A stretch of 57,130 bases of DNA from a virus (taxonomy: Duplodnaviria > Caudoviricetes), in IMG/VR virus record IMGVR_UViG_3300021961_000119, positions 1-57,130 of that record, one strand, 5' to 3'. The notes under the pieces are model-generated. The model was not told where the DNA came from and searched no databases. It saw only the letters and a list, made by a program, of their open reading frames with translations. Below, piece after piece: positions 42,862 through 53,007 of this stretch (the first letter of the stretch is position 1; the number at the start of each line of letters is the position of its first letter). A program made the translations under genes and the position numbers.

Positions 42862-43776
42862 TTAGACGCCAGCAGTACCGTACATGCTACGGGGATCAGT
42901 CCAGCCCACCTGATAACGCTCAGTTGCCTTGTAGCGCATCGAGTCGGTCTCGAAATCACCTTCCATGGTCTTCTCCAAAGCACGGCGCATCAAGAGCTTC
43001 ATGCCCTCAGGAGCGTCGGTCTGGACCCACCATGCGTTAGCATTGGTCAAACGGCTCAAGACTGCGGCACCTTCGTCCAACAAGCCGATAGACTTGACGG
43101 GGTTGATGTCGTTGTTCGTTGTACCAGCGCGGAGCACTGACTTCAACAGAACTTCAGCTTGGAAGATGTTGCCGGGAGCGACCACCAACTGGCGGGGCAC
43201 CAAACGGATCTTCTTGCCGTTGTTGTCCACTGCTTGACGAATCTGGATCAACATCTGCTCAAGCGATGTTTGTGACAGATTAGCGGCTGTAGACAATTCG
43301 TTAGAGAATGTACCATTCACGATCGGGTGAGCGGTATCGATAAGCGACACGCCGTCACCACCAACGTATGAACTGTTAAATGAACGGTTCAAAACGTTAG
43401 CGGACAGAGTCTCTTTGGTCTCGATCAATGATTGAGCCAAGTGCTTAGCATAAACCTGACCGATACGGATGTGGTCGCCGTCTTCCACCAACACTTTGGT
43501 CAATGCGAAGGCGAGGCCATACACATTGTACACATAGCGTTGCAAGAAGAGCACACCACCCTGTTGGTAGCTGACGGGAGTACCATCAGGCAACTGGGGA
43601 GCGGCACCAAATCCGTACAAGACGGGTTCTTCATGGTAGTTACGGGGAATGCCCTGTTCTTCACGGAAGACACGGGACCATTCGTCTTTACGCTGTTCGT
43701 AGATACCATCGAAGCATTCGTTCAGAATTGGCTCGACGATACTACGAAAGTCGGTACTGCGCATTGGAGCGGCCAT
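42862..43776 (-). CDS. Major capsid protein (HK97 fold, Mu gpT-like)
   Basis: GGDGVSL...HP, PRQLVVAP, GDFETDSMRYKATERY; position after the scaffold. Confidence 0.85.
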   Translation of the reverse strand: MAAPMRSTDFRSIVEPILNECFDGIYEQRKDEWSRVFREEQGIPRNYHEEPVLYGFGAAPQLPDGTPVSYQQGGVLFLQRYVYNVYGLAFALTKVLVEDGDHIRIGQVYAKHLAQSLIETKETLSANVLNRSFNSSYVGGDGVSLIDTAHPIVNGTFSNELSTAANLSQTSLEQMLIQIRQAVDNNGKKIRLVPRQLVVAPGNIFQAEVLLKSVLRAGTTNNDINPVKSIGLLDEGAAVLSRLTNANAWWVQTDAPEGMKLLMRRALEKTMEGDFETDSMRYKATERYQVGWTDPRSMYGTAGV

Positions 43777-43789
43777 TTTTTAGTCCTCC

Positions 43790-44362
43790 TTAAATAGCGT
43801 TAACGGACGCATTGAACTGCGACTCATTAACTTGAACTTGTACAACAGTGTACGCATCTCCCCATGCGTTATCAACGCCGGGGGTCAAACCAATAATCTT
43901 CAATTGCGCAGAAGAACCAGCGGCAACAACCGAGGTGCTAATAGTGCACTGAGAGAGTCCAGTGGTCGTGGAACCAGCAGTCACATTGCTAAAATCTGAC
44001 TGTGCGCCCAAAGTCGTTTGTGCCAACGAGCCATCGGCTTGAATGTCATAAACGATTGCGGGGTCTTGGTAGTAATAAGCTACCAAAGAGCCGGTCACGT
44101 AGGCAGTATTGGCGGGCCAATAGTTGCTGATACGAGGACGACCAGTAGTGTCGGTCCATTGAGCACCCGCGAAGGCACCCAAGAACGCGTCACCAGCGGC
44201 GGCGGCTTGTAATAGGCCAGTTGTGGCCAACTTGACGGGCTGGCCCTTCAAGATATCGCTGGTATAACCAGACAGAATACCGTCAGCCAAAGCGACCGCA
44301 CGGTCCAAACCGGAAGGATGGAACGAGGGGCGCAAGCCGAACGGTGCATTTGTTGAAGACAT
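43790..44362 (-). CDS. Putative head decoration/cement protein
   Basis: NAPFGLRP start, GQPVKL, DPAIVYDIQ; immediately upstream of the MCP. Confidence 0.65.
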   Translation of the reverse strand: MSSTNAPFGLRPSFHPSGLDRAVALADGILSGYTSDILKGQPVKLATTGLLQAAAAGDAFLGAFAGAQWTDTTGRPRISNYWPANTAYVTGSLVAYYYQDPAIVYDIQADGSLAQTTLGAQSDFSNVTAGSTTTGLSQCTISTSVVAAGSSAQLKIIGLTPGVDNAWGDAYTVVQVQVNESQFNASVNAI

Positions 44363-44397
44363 ATTAGTCACTCCAAATCATGGTTCAGGTTCCGTCA

Positions 44398-44934
44398 CTA
44401 AAAAGTAGGGACGGGCATAGGTTTATCAAGTTCACTGATGCCTTCGCCTTCAATTTGACCAAGACGCCTGCCATTACTGTCTCGCCCCATTGTCTGCTCA
44501 GCCTGAACGCGGATTTTGTCCGCCTCATCCTGAGGAGCGTGGTGGTGCAACTCTGCCATAATGTCCTGATAAACATCCTCAGGCAATTTGTAGAGCAACA
44601 TTTCATTGCAAGCGACGAATCCAGTGTGCTCACCGGCTTTAACTTTATAGTTCTCAAAGCCCGGAACCTCTTCAATTCTTACTGGTTCGTAACCCATGCG
44701 CATGCGCTTGTGGATAGGGTCGTACCCATTGGTAGTTGAAAGCCAACATACGTGAAATCCCGGAATATCCGGGGGTTTTGGAAGGGACTCTTGAATCCAT
44801 TCCGAACTGAACATCCTACGACGTTCTTGCGCGCTCGCCAGTTCCTTCGATGCTGATCCGCGTTCGCTATCCTGCTCTGCGCGGGACTCACGGCCACCAC
44901 CGGAAAGATTCTTTTTCAATCGATCGTCTCTCAT
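44398..44934 (-). CDS. Hypothetical head-module protein (178 aa)
   Basis: PPDIPGFHVCW...GYEPV motif; lies between scaffold and capsid genes. Confidence 0.7.
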   Translation of the reverse strand: MRDDRLKKNLSGGGRESRAEQDSERGSASKELASAQERRRMFSSEWIQESLPKPPDIPGFHVCWLSTTNGYDPIHKRMRMGYEPVRIEEVPGFENYKVKAGEHTGFVACNEMLLYKLPEDVYQDIMAELHHHAPQDEADKIRVQAEQTMGRDSNGRRLGQIEGEGISELDKPMPVPTF

Positions 44935-44938
44935 AATC

Positions 44939-45934
44939 TTAACCCCTATTTGTGTTCATGCGGTCATATTCCGCGTATTTACGAATCATCTTGTTACGCT
45001 CGGTGATGTTATCCCATCTACCGGCTTCCTTGATGGCGCGGACTCGCTCGGGTGACAACCGAAACTCGTTTCCACGAGATGTCGATTGTGATTCACGTCC
45101 TGAGCTTGTTACCACGGTACGGGGTCTCCGATTTGACGACTGATTGTCGTTGCCGCTATTATAACGGTGCGGCAGGTATTTTGTCAATCTATTATCTAGC
45201 TCTTCCCAGTATTCGGCAGTCTTCGGGTCCCATCCGTCGGCCACAAGAGCCTCATCCACCTTGGTGGCGACTTGGGAGTCCATGTCCTTGCCGTTCGGGT
45301 CGTACCAATCGTTCCGAGCCATCCAGTCCGAGGCGTGACGCTTCAGGAGCGGGTCCGGAGCTTGGGGAACAGAATTGCGATTGGGTTCCGAGGCCACAGC
45401 CTTTTTCTTGAGCGATTCGAGAGCCTCCACTTGGCGGCGGGCTTCATACCACGCCTCCTGCGCTTCTACGACGGAAGCGCCATCAGCCATCTCAGTGGCC
45501 TCTTTCACCTTCATCTTCGCGTATTGGAGCCTCAAATTACCATCTTCGATCGCCTTGTCCAGTCGAGCAAGGTCCGAACCGGCCGTCCGCTTTTCGAGGA
45601 CCGCTAGACGCTCGGCCATATGGTCATTCTGGCGTTTCAGCGAGGTGATCAGGTGGTTCGACTCACTCGCCTTGGCCTTCTGAAGCTTCTTCTTGAGCTG
45701 TCGCTCCTCACGACGGGCCAGTCGAATTGCTTCGCGCTCAGGATCGGCGTGGGGTATATTGTCGGCGGGATTATCATCATCGTCGCCATCATCCGAATCT
45801 ACTCGGCCACCGGTCCGGAGACCATCGCCGCTATTTTCGGGGGTATTCGGTGCCTCGCCATCGGGCAGAGACACCACTGCGGACCCATCGGGTTCTTCCG
45901 CGAGTTGCAAATCGAGTTTATCGTTGGAGGTCAT
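44939..45934 (-). CDS. Putative capsid scaffolding protein
   Basis: Acidic N-terminus, long coiled coil, W..RN.WY segment, C-terminal helix. Confidence 0.7.
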   Translation of the reverse strand: MTSNDKLDLQLAEEPDGSAVVSLPDGEAPNTPENSGDGLRTGGRVDSDDGDDDDNPADNIPHADPEREAIRLARREERQLKKKLQKAKASESNHLITSLKRQNDHMAERLAVLEKRTAGSDLARLDKAIEDGNLRLQYAKMKVKEATEMADGASVVEAQEAWYEARRQVEALESLKKKAVASEPNRNSVPQAPDPLLKRHASDWMARNDWYDPNGKDMDSQVATKVDEALVADGWDPKTAEYWEELDNRLTKYLPHRYNSGNDNQSSNRRPRTVVTSSGRESQSTSRGNEFRLSPERVRAIKEAGRWDNITERNKMIRKYAEYDRMNTNRG

Positions 45935-46365
45935 AGGAATGCTTTCACTTTCAAGGGATCACCAGTAACTTTCGCAATTACTTCGTGGTCGTTAAAAACA
46001 CTAAAAAGTGCGGTTTCGCCGAGCGTCGGGTCCCCATAAGGTACTTCCCAGCGGTCACCACCCCACTTTGGCATGCGAACAAAGTCGCCGACATCGATCC
46101 AGTTGCCCTCGGGCCACGGTTCGAGTGTATCGCGTTTCTTGAAAGCCAGTGGACCTACCGCGATGACTTTCGCCACTTGGTTATTCCACTTTTCCGTTTC
46201 CTTCGTTTCCTCTATGAGCACTATTCCTGACGATGTTACGGTCTTCTTGGCGGCTCTCCACTGCACAAGAATTCGTCCACCTACAGGTAAAGCACCGGGG
46301 TCTACTGCGGGAAATGCTTCCTGCAACGCGGCTTCATTCGAAGCCACCGGTTGAGTATCACTCAT
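45931..46365 (-). CDS. GroES-like co-chaperonin
   Basis: PVGGRILV, TSSGIVL, KVIAVGP, VGDFV, NDHEVIAKV; start MSDTQP. Confidence 0.85.
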   Translation of the reverse strand: MSDTQPVASNEAALQEAFPAVDPGALPVGGRILVQWRAAKKTVTSSGIVLIEETKETEKWNNQVAKVIAVGPLAFKKRDTLEPWPEGNWIDVGDFVRMPKWGGDRWEVPYGDPTLGETALFSVFNDHEVIAKVTGDPLKVKAFL

Positions 46366-46543
46366 TACTATCTTCCTCATTTAAAAGGTCGTTTAAAATT
46401 ACCAGAGCTTCTTCAAGCCCTTGGTGCTGTCCAACTAGGCGTTGGTAGGCCTCAAAAGTGACGGCATTGCCGTTCACCAATGACTGCGCGATCGCCGATT
46501 TGCGGACCTCAATAGCACCAATGAGGTCACTGACGTATCGCAT
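46358..46543 (-). CDS. Hypothetical protein (61 aa)
   Basis: YQRLVGQHQGL helix; coupled to the GroES-like gene. Confidence 0.7.
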   Translation of the reverse strand: MRYVSDLIGAIEVRKSAIAQSLVNGNAVTFEAYQRLVGQHQGLEEALVILNDLLNEEDSNE

Positions 46544-46710
46544 TATTTCTTTTTAGCTTGCGCTAGTGCCCCACCACCACGTTTGGGCGCACTGGGCGTC
46601 TTCGCGGGTTCTTTCGCACCAAGCGAGGAGCCATCGAGCTTCGCGCCCATAGCCATACGCTTGTGGTAAGGTACATTCTGACCCATTTGTTCTGTGTCGC
46701 TGGTAGCCAT
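46543..46710 (-). CDS. Small basic protein (55 aa, not in the ORF track)
   Basis: Hand translation MATSDTEQMGQNVPYHKRMAMG...PKRGGGALAQAKKK; GGAG RBS; TAATG overlap. Confidence 0.65.
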   Translation of the reverse strand: MATSDTEQMGQNVPYHKRMAMGAKLDGSSLGAKEPAKTPSAPKRGGGALAQAKKK

Positions 46711-46711
46711 A

Positions 46712-49210
46712 TTACACTCCTAAAGTTCGTTGTGCGCTTTCTTGCGCGGCCAATGCAGTCTGCTCCTGCTCGCTCTTCAGAATCGCCGCGTCTTGCGTCA
46801 ATTCTGCAGTCTTGATCCGTTCTTCGGTCAAGTTGTCCGATGCGTTCAGCGCGATTTTGATCTGCTGTTCGCGGTTTTTGTTCAGTGCGTCGTTCTTGAT
46901 GCGCTCTTGCTCGAGTCCGAGTTCGACTTTGTCGCGCTCTGCACGTCGCTTGGTTTCGGCCATTGAAGTCTGGAGGATCACCTGATCCGAGCCGTCCATC
47001 TGTGGCTTCGGTTTGAGCTTCTGCACAGTCTCCAAGATCTGTTGCATCGCGGGCATAACCTTCGCAAACGCCTCTTTCGCATCCATCTGGGTGTGCTGGG
47101 AGGCCAACGCGTACAACTTGTCGATCTCCCCGGTGATTCCCGCGATGTCGTAGTCCTTCACAGGACGTCCAAGCGACTCCTCGACATAGCCGTTCATATG
47201 GCCGAGATACCACAGCATCAAGTGTTGCTTGAAATGCTCGAGGAAAGCGGGCAAGAACGCTGGCGCGATGATCGGGTTGGACCCCAGCATTGGGTTCAGC
47301 GCGAAATCGAGGTGGCTCTGAATATGCGCCAACTGGTTCTGGTGTGGGTACGCAAACGCCGCACGCCCGATTGTCATTGCCGCATTTTCTTCGGCGGCAT
47401 TGATCTCCATCGGCTCGGCCGTCGCGGGCATCAGCTCCTGCACGTTCGGTATCTTCATCTGCTTCAACGCACGCTGGATGACCGCCCGACGATCAAAGAG
47501 ATCGGGGTACTTGTCCATGTAGGCCATCACCGCTTGGGTCTGGGCCATCCGCTGAGTCTCGGAGAATATGTGCGGATCGCTCACCGGAATCACGTCAGTG
47601 TTCCGATTGAAGTCTTCGCGGCGAATGTCCAGCTCTTGGACCACGTCGCCCATTCGCATCTCGTCGAGATACCAGCGATTGATACGCTGAAGTACCTTCA
47701 AGACCCGCGACTGTGAATCGTGAAGTCGTGCGTGAATCGCTGAGAATACCTTCGAACCCTGTTCGATCAACGCTTGAGTAGTGCCGACTGGTGTGTTGGC
47801 ATTCATCTCCGCGATTTTCTCCTCGGAGGTGGTCACAACACCCTTTGCCGCGTCCGTCAGGAACCCGACGAGCTTGAAGAGCACCTCGCTCGGTGGATTG
47901 AAAGGCATCGGCATTGCGATCTTACGAATGTCGTCTACACCCGGTGCACCTTCGATTTCGGTGATTTGCGTCACTTCGACATTTTGCGATTGTCCCGAAA
48001 TCTTCGCGCCCTTGATCTTGAGCATCGTGGCGGCGTTGTTGATGTGCGCAGTGTCGAGCAATGCACGCAAGCCACCGGTGATCGCGGCAGACAGTCCACC
48101 AATCAACTGTGGCAATCCGATCGCGTAGGCACCACGCCACGGGATGAACTTGAACTCGATCATCCAGTCGAGCTTTATCATCGCTTCGTCGCCCTGCTCC
48201 CAGTTCCGGTACATACCGACGACTTCCGAATTGTTCTCGTCGATCATCAAAATGTAGGGAGCCAACTCGCCTTTGGTGTGCGAATCGCCCTCTTCCGCGA
48301 TGAACGCGTAGATGTGGTACACGCGACGCAGTCCATCGGTGTCGTCACTCCACTGCTTACCCTCGATCTTGTTGTTCGCCTTCTCGGGGGACGTTGGCTC
48401 GGGTTCCATGCTGGCGCGGGTGAACGACACGTCGCGGTACAAACCCGACGACATCCGCGACTCGAATTCCTGCTGGGTGATGTCCTGCACCTCAGTCACT
48501 CGCTGTGCAGTGTAGAAATTACCAGCCGAGAAAGGCAGTAGGATGTTATCAATCGACACGAACTCCGCGCAGGGACGCTTCTTGCGATCGTCGTACCAGA
48601 GCTTCAAGAACTGCGAGCCGCCCAGTGGCAACTGCGTCAGCATCTGCTCCTGCTCATCGCGGAACTCCTCGATCTGCTCAGTTAACTGCCAGTTCATGAA
48701 GTCGCGTTTGCGCTCGGCCCGCTTCGTTTCCTCTTCGGTAACTTTGCCCAATACGTGCGTGCGCACTGGACCGTCCGGTGGGAACAGCTCTTTAATAGCA
48801 CGCGACTCGAAATCAATACAGGCTTCGGCCATCACGGGGTGCACCACTTTGCTCGCCCCTTGGAACTGCGCACCACCGGGAGCGTCGTGCCCGAGGCCCG
48901 TGCGCTTGAGTCCCTCTTCGTATTGCTTGTCCCGCTCTTTGCGTGCCTCTTTGTCCTTCTCGATCAGGTCGAGGTACTGCATCGCCAGCTTGTCCAGCTT
49001 CCACGGGTCAAGCTCGTCGGCCATATTCGCGTAGAAGTCTTGATCCTCGCCCGGACCCTTGAATTCGTCCATCCGCACAATGGCCGAACCGTCCGGTTGC
49101 TCTTCCACTTCCGCGTACGGGTCCTCCATGTCGAGGTCAAACACCATGCCCGCCGTGTCCTCAGGACCTTCGGGTGCTTCCATCTGCGGTTGTGGGAATT
49201 CAGTTGCCAT
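46712..49210 (-). CDS. Portal protein (P22-like, with long C-terminal barrel)
   Basis: 832 aa downstream of TerL; HPVMAEA, LPLGGSQFLK, TPVGTT.ALIEQG; helical C-terminus. Confidence 0.85.
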   Translation of the reverse strand: MATEFPQPQMEAPEGPEDTAGMVFDLDMEDPYAEVEEQPDGSAIVRMDEFKGPGEDQDFYANMADELDPWKLDKLAMQYLDLIEKDKEARKERDKQYEEGLKRTGLGHDAPGGAQFQGASKVVHPVMAEACIDFESRAIKELFPPDGPVRTHVLGKVTEEETKRAERKRDFMNWQLTEQIEEFRDEQEQMLTQLPLGGSQFLKLWYDDRKKRPCAEFVSIDNILLPFSAGNFYTAQRVTEVQDITQQEFESRMSSGLYRDVSFTRASMEPEPTSPEKANNKIEGKQWSDDTDGLRRVYHIYAFIAEEGDSHTKGELAPYILMIDENNSEVVGMYRNWEQGDEAMIKLDWMIEFKFIPWRGAYAIGLPQLIGGLSAAITGGLRALLDTAHINNAATMLKIKGAKISGQSQNVEVTQITEIEGAPGVDDIRKIAMPMPFNPPSEVLFKLVGFLTDAAKGVVTTSEEKIAEMNANTPVGTTQALIEQGSKVFSAIHARLHDSQSRVLKVLQRINRWYLDEMRMGDVVQELDIRREDFNRNTDVIPVSDPHIFSETQRMAQTQAVMAYMDKYPDLFDRRAVIQRALKQMKIPNVQELMPATAEPMEINAAEENAAMTIGRAAFAYPHQNQLAHIQSHLDFALNPMLGSNPIIAPAFLPAFLEHFKQHLMLWYLGHMNGYVEESLGRPVKDYDIAGITGEIDKLYALASQHTQMDAKEAFAKVMPAMQQILETVQKLKPKPQMDGSDQVILQTSMAETKRRAERDKVELGLEQERIKNDALNKNREQQIKIALNASDNLTEERIKTAELTQDAAILKSEQEQTALAAQESAQRTLGV

Positions 49211-49242
49211 AGTCAGCCTTTAATATGCGATTTTAACACGGC

Positions 49243-50481
49243 TCAATTCTCGTGACCATATTCACCAAGGTCTTTCGCTGTCTGCCGTAGTCCTTCGTAC
49301 ACTTCCGGTGCACGTTCGCGCATCGCACGAATTCGGGGTCTAATGCTAGAGAGGGGCGCACCAGTCAGTGACTCGGGCAACGCACCCATCATGCCGCGCA
49401 TTACTTCACCGGGTCCGGCCTTATTGTCCAGTGCCGTGAAGACTTCGGGATCTTTGTACGCTTGAAACATGTCGTCGATCCTGAACCGCTCTTGGGCTTT
49501 CGGCATCATGCTTCGCACAAAATCCATCGCTTGCTCTTCACTCATACCTTTACGCACTGCTTCCGCGACCAGCGCGGGAACCATGTCGAACGTAAATACC
49601 GGTGCCGCAGTCTCCGCGACTTTCGCCACATTGCCAATCGCGCCGAGTCCGCCAAGATCGGGCAACACGCCGCGCATAACCTGACCTGCCGTCGATTGCA
49701 AGACTTCGCGCCTCGACATCGGCGTTTCGCTCAACGATTTGAGTGTAGACTTTGCCGCGCCCTTGCCGGGGTCGATGGTCACCGACTTCTCAGTGATCGC
49801 TGGCGCGTTTTTGAACATGTCCTTGTCCAGCTTGGCCAGTGGGAAATCCGATGCCTTACCAAGGCCGAGAAATCCACGGCGTGCGAGATCCGGCTTGTCC
49901 GCCAGCTTAGTGCCCTTTTGTGCCATCTCCGCCATCATCTGGTCCAGCGTCTTTTTCACGCCGCCGCCCCTGTTGAAAGGCTGAGGGTCGGGGATGAAGC
50001 GTCCACCGTCCTGCATGTCGGGAATGGAGAAATCGATTGCGCCACCGTTGGCGAATTTCTTTTTCTTCGGTGCGGCACTCACGTACTGCTGGGCCGACAT
50101 CGGTGCCTCTTCGAAATCCTTGCGACGTGTGGCAGTCGTCGGGCTGTACGAATCGCTCGCTTGGCGATTGTACTCGTCCATCATCGCCCTGAGCATCTGG
50201 TTGCTAATCGATGGTTTGTCGGGGTGAACACCAAAAATCCGAGGATCTCGGTACTGCATGTTGAACGCCATGCTTTCGTACGATGGCTGATCAACGGTCG
50301 GCGGATTAGGCGCACTTGGTGGACCACGACGCCTGTTTAGGTCAGTCATTTCGTCCGGGCCGAGTTCACCGGAACGAAACAGCATGCCCAGCGGCACTGA
50401 ATTGCGCAAACCCGCCAATAGCGTGGCCGCGTCGATCGGGTCCAAACCCTGCAGGAAGTCGTCAATCAGATTACTGGGCAT
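49243..50481 (-). CDS. Hypothetical protein (412 aa) between TerL and portal
   Basis: Overlaps the terL stop; carries FANGG/MQDGG/FNRGG motifs. Confidence 0.7.
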   Translation of the reverse strand: MPSNLIDDFLQGLDPIDAATLLAGLRNSVPLGMLFRSGELGPDEMTDLNRRRGPPSAPNPPTVDQPSYESMAFNMQYRDPRIFGVHPDKPSISNQMLRAMMDEYNRQASDSYSPTTATRRKDFEEAPMSAQQYVSAAPKKKKFANGGAIDFSIPDMQDGGRFIPDPQPFNRGGGVKKTLDQMMAEMAQKGTKLADKPDLARRGFLGLGKASDFPLAKLDKDMFKNAPAITEKSVTIDPGKGAAKSTLKSLSETPMSRREVLQSTAGQVMRGVLPDLGGLGAIGNVAKVAETAAPVFTFDMVPALVAEAVRKGMSEEQAMDFVRSMMPKAQERFRIDDMFQAYKDPEVFTALDNKAGPGEVMRGMMGALPESLTGAPLSSIRPRIRAMRERAPEVYEGLRQTAKDLGEYGHEN

Positions 50482-51907
50482 AAGGGTTCCCTCGGTTCGG
50501 TCTGTATTCGTCGTCCACGTAGTCGTTGTCCGGTGGGATCGGGTCGATTTGCAGGAACGACATGTCTTTCAGCAGTCGCAGTGCTTGGGACAGCGTGTCG
50601 GTCAAGTCGTCCCGGTCCGCCTCGGGGAACGAGCACACTTGGGACACCAGTGGCTCTGCCCAGTCGCGTGGCTGGCCCGGATGGACGAGCGATTCGGGCA
50701 CGTAGACGCGGCCGTGGGCGATGATGTTGGCCACTAAGTGCAAACGCTGTACTTTGTCAGCGCGGCCCGGGTTGTAGGCGCGGCACGGCACTCCAGCCCG
50801 TTGCAGGTCCTGCAAAATGCTGATGCCCGACGCCTTGTCCTCGACGAGCACGAGGTCCACCTTTTTGCCGGGTTCGCCGTAGATCGAGCCGTACTCGTCA
50901 ATGATCTTGGGCCGCAGGTCGGGGTACGCGAGGAAGTCCTCCCAGCAGTCGATGAGCATAGCGCAAAGCCCGGAATCGTCGTTGGGCCTAAAGATGCCCC
51001 ACACGGAGCACGCGGTCGGATCGTTTTGCGTCTTTTCGGTGTACGCGCAGTCGTAGGACTGGAGCACGTAGAGGAATTCGGGCAGTGGCTTTTTCGCGTC
51101 CCACAGCCTGAACCACTCGCGCTTGACGATGCCGTAGTCCTCAGGATCGATCACCTCCGCGTACAGCTCCTGCCGTCCGATGCGTGTGCCCTCGTACTGC
51201 GACACGATTTCGTCGCGAAACGTGGGTGCGAGGTTATTAAAATTCTCGTGCGTTGTGCCCGTGGTGACGATGACACGCTCCTCGCTAATCAGGCGTCGCA
51301 CGATTGGGATGGGCTTGGGCGTCGTGGTGATGCAAACGCGGGGCTTTTGCCCCAGTCGCAGGCCGAACATCAAGTTGGACCACATGTCCTCCGCATTGCG
51401 GAATTTCGCCAGTTCGTCCACCCAAGCCAAATCGTGCTGTGGTCCCCGCAGTGTCTCGGGGTCGTTGTCCGAGTAGATCGTGGCGATCGCACCATTGGGC
51501 CACTCCAGTCGCCGCTTAGAAGGCACAAATATCGGCTTGCATTTCGGGTGCGAGATGGCCAAAATGCCGGATTCGCCCTCAACCATCACATCGCGTGCGT
51601 CGCCCGCGTCTTCAGCAATGAGTGCAATGCGGCTGGCCAGTCCGTTTTCGGCGTGGTAGCGCACGAATTCGGCACCACAGCGGGTTTTTCCCCAGCCACG
51701 CCCAGCGAGGATCATCCAAATGGTCCAGTCCGCACCCGGTGGTATCGTCTGGTTGTGCCTCGCCCACGTGGGCCAGTCATAAAAAAGTTCGAGTGCTTCG
51801 CGGTCCGACAGTTCGTCCACGAACTCGTGCCAGTTCGCCGAATCGACGACAGTCGACTTTTTACTCCGCCTTTGAGCGCGAGTTAAGACGTTGGGCAAGG
51901 CGATCAC
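50471..51907 (-). CDS. terL: Terminase large subunit
   Basis: AGRGWGKT Walker A, WVDE Walker B, ITTTP, nuclease SYD and DDLTD. Confidence 0.93.
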   Translation of the reverse strand: MIALPNVLTRAQRRSKKSTVVDSANWHEFVDELSDREALELFYDWPTWARHNQTIPPGADWTIWMILAGRGWGKTRCGAEFVRYHAENGLASRIALIAEDAGDARDVMVEGESGILAISHPKCKPIFVPSKRRLEWPNGAIATIYSDNDPETLRGPQHDLAWVDELAKFRNAEDMWSNLMFGLRLGQKPRVCITTTPKPIPIVRRLISEERVIVTTGTTHENFNNLAPTFRDEIVSQYEGTRIGRQELYAEVIDPEDYGIVKREWFRLWDAKKPLPEFLYVLQSYDCAYTEKTQNDPTACSVWGIFRPNDDSGLCAMLIDCWEDFLAYPDLRPKIIDEYGSIYGEPGKKVDLVLVEDKASGISILQDLQRAGVPCRAYNPGRADKVQRLHLVANIIAHGRVYVPESLVHPGQPRDWAEPLVSQVCSFPEADRDDLTDTLSQALRLLKDMSFLQIDPIPPDNDYVDDEYRPNRGNPYAQ

Positions 51908-52520
51908 GGAGACCTTCGATGTTGATGTTCGAGTCCAGCTGGCCCGACACGTTCATATTGACGTCTTTCGAGCGGAATTTCGCGTCGTACCCCATGAGGG
52001 TGAACTGGAGCAGTGAATCACTGAACTTTTTCACGGTCTCGCCCGTTTTGACGCCCTGATGCGTGAGCGGCTCGTCGTGTCCCACCACAGAGCGACGATA
52101 CGCTTCGGCACGCATTGTGTCGACCATCTCCTCTTGGATGCTGTCCATGATGCCGTCGAACATCTTGTGGTCACCGCGCCAGCCAATCAGCGTTTGCCGG
52201 TGAATACCCGCCGTGTTGTAAGCGTGACGTAAGGAGAAACGTGACTCGGGCGGACCATCACGGAATTCGGCGATGATCACCAGCATTTTGAATGCTTTGG
52301 TCTCTTCCATGAGTGCTAATTCGCCGGTCGCCACTAGCGTGGGATCGTTGCACTCTTTCGTGTGTGCCATGTGACTGGCTGAATTGGGCGGGTGCCGCAC
52401 GCGGTCACGGACGATAGCGTCCAACAGCATTTGCACAGAGATCCCGGCACGCCGCTCGTATTCGGCGATCGTAGCCGGTCCAAGGTCTTTCAGCAGTTTG
52501 AGGTCGTCATTAAAGGCCAT
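51861..52520 (-). CDS. terS: Terminase small subunit
   Basis: HTH-like AYNTAGIHRQT, EAYRRSVVG, KFSDSLL motifs; start probably MAFNDD; upstream of terL. Confidence 0.7.
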   Translation of the reverse strand: MAFNDDLKLLKDLGPATIAEYERRAGISVQMLLDAIVRDRVRHPPNSASHMAHTKECNDPTLVATGELALMEETKAFKMLVIIAEFRDGPPESRFSLRHAYNTAGIHRQTLIGWRGDHKMFDGIMDSIQEEMVDTMRAEAYRRSVVGHDEPLTHQGVKTGETVKKFSDSLLQFTLMGYDAKFRSKDVNMNVSGQLDSNINIEGLRDRLAQRLNSRSKAE

Positions 52521-52701
52521 GAAGCGAATTAAACCACAAAAGCCGCACAGCACGCAATACCCGGCTTTGTCTACAGCTGAGTTATGAGACTGAGGCTCAG
52601 CATAACGCCAAGTTATAACGCTTTTGTGCGCACACACGAGAAGCCCAAGATGAGGCCCTAAGTGGTGGTGGAGGAATATTCGACGTCTGAAGACCCCGAT
52701 T

Positions 52702-52937
52702 TGTTCCATAATGATGGAACGGTGATGGAACGCACCACAGTCTCACAAGCCCCGTCCGACGCGGTTTTCGAGACACACAGCCCGTGTACCATTGTTCCAT
52801 CATATACCCATATATATTAAACCATGCCGTTGACAGGGCAGTACCCCCGCGTGCGCATGTAACAATGGAACACCGGGTCTTTTTTCGAATGGGGAGAGCG
52901 TTCCATCATGTGTTCCATCTTGATGGAACGGTGGAAC
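52702..52937 (-). repeat. Iteron/hairpin element copy 2 (inverted relative to 16904-17142)
   Basis: Reverse complement begins GTTCCACCGTTCCATCAAGATGGAACACATGATGGAAC, identical to 16904-16941. Confidence 0.88.
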
Positions 52938-53007
52938 GTTGCTTTTCTTGTTCCACCAGCGTCGGGAGGTCCGACACGAGTACAGCGCATTGCACGCCGT
53001 GGACGAA

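Noticed and set aside
50738-51886. Long plus-strand ORFs (also 4811-5692, 22422-23351, 49462-50340, 12682-13509)
   Set aside because: Antisense shadows of well-supported minus-strand genes in GC-rich or repetitive DNA; no motifs or RBS
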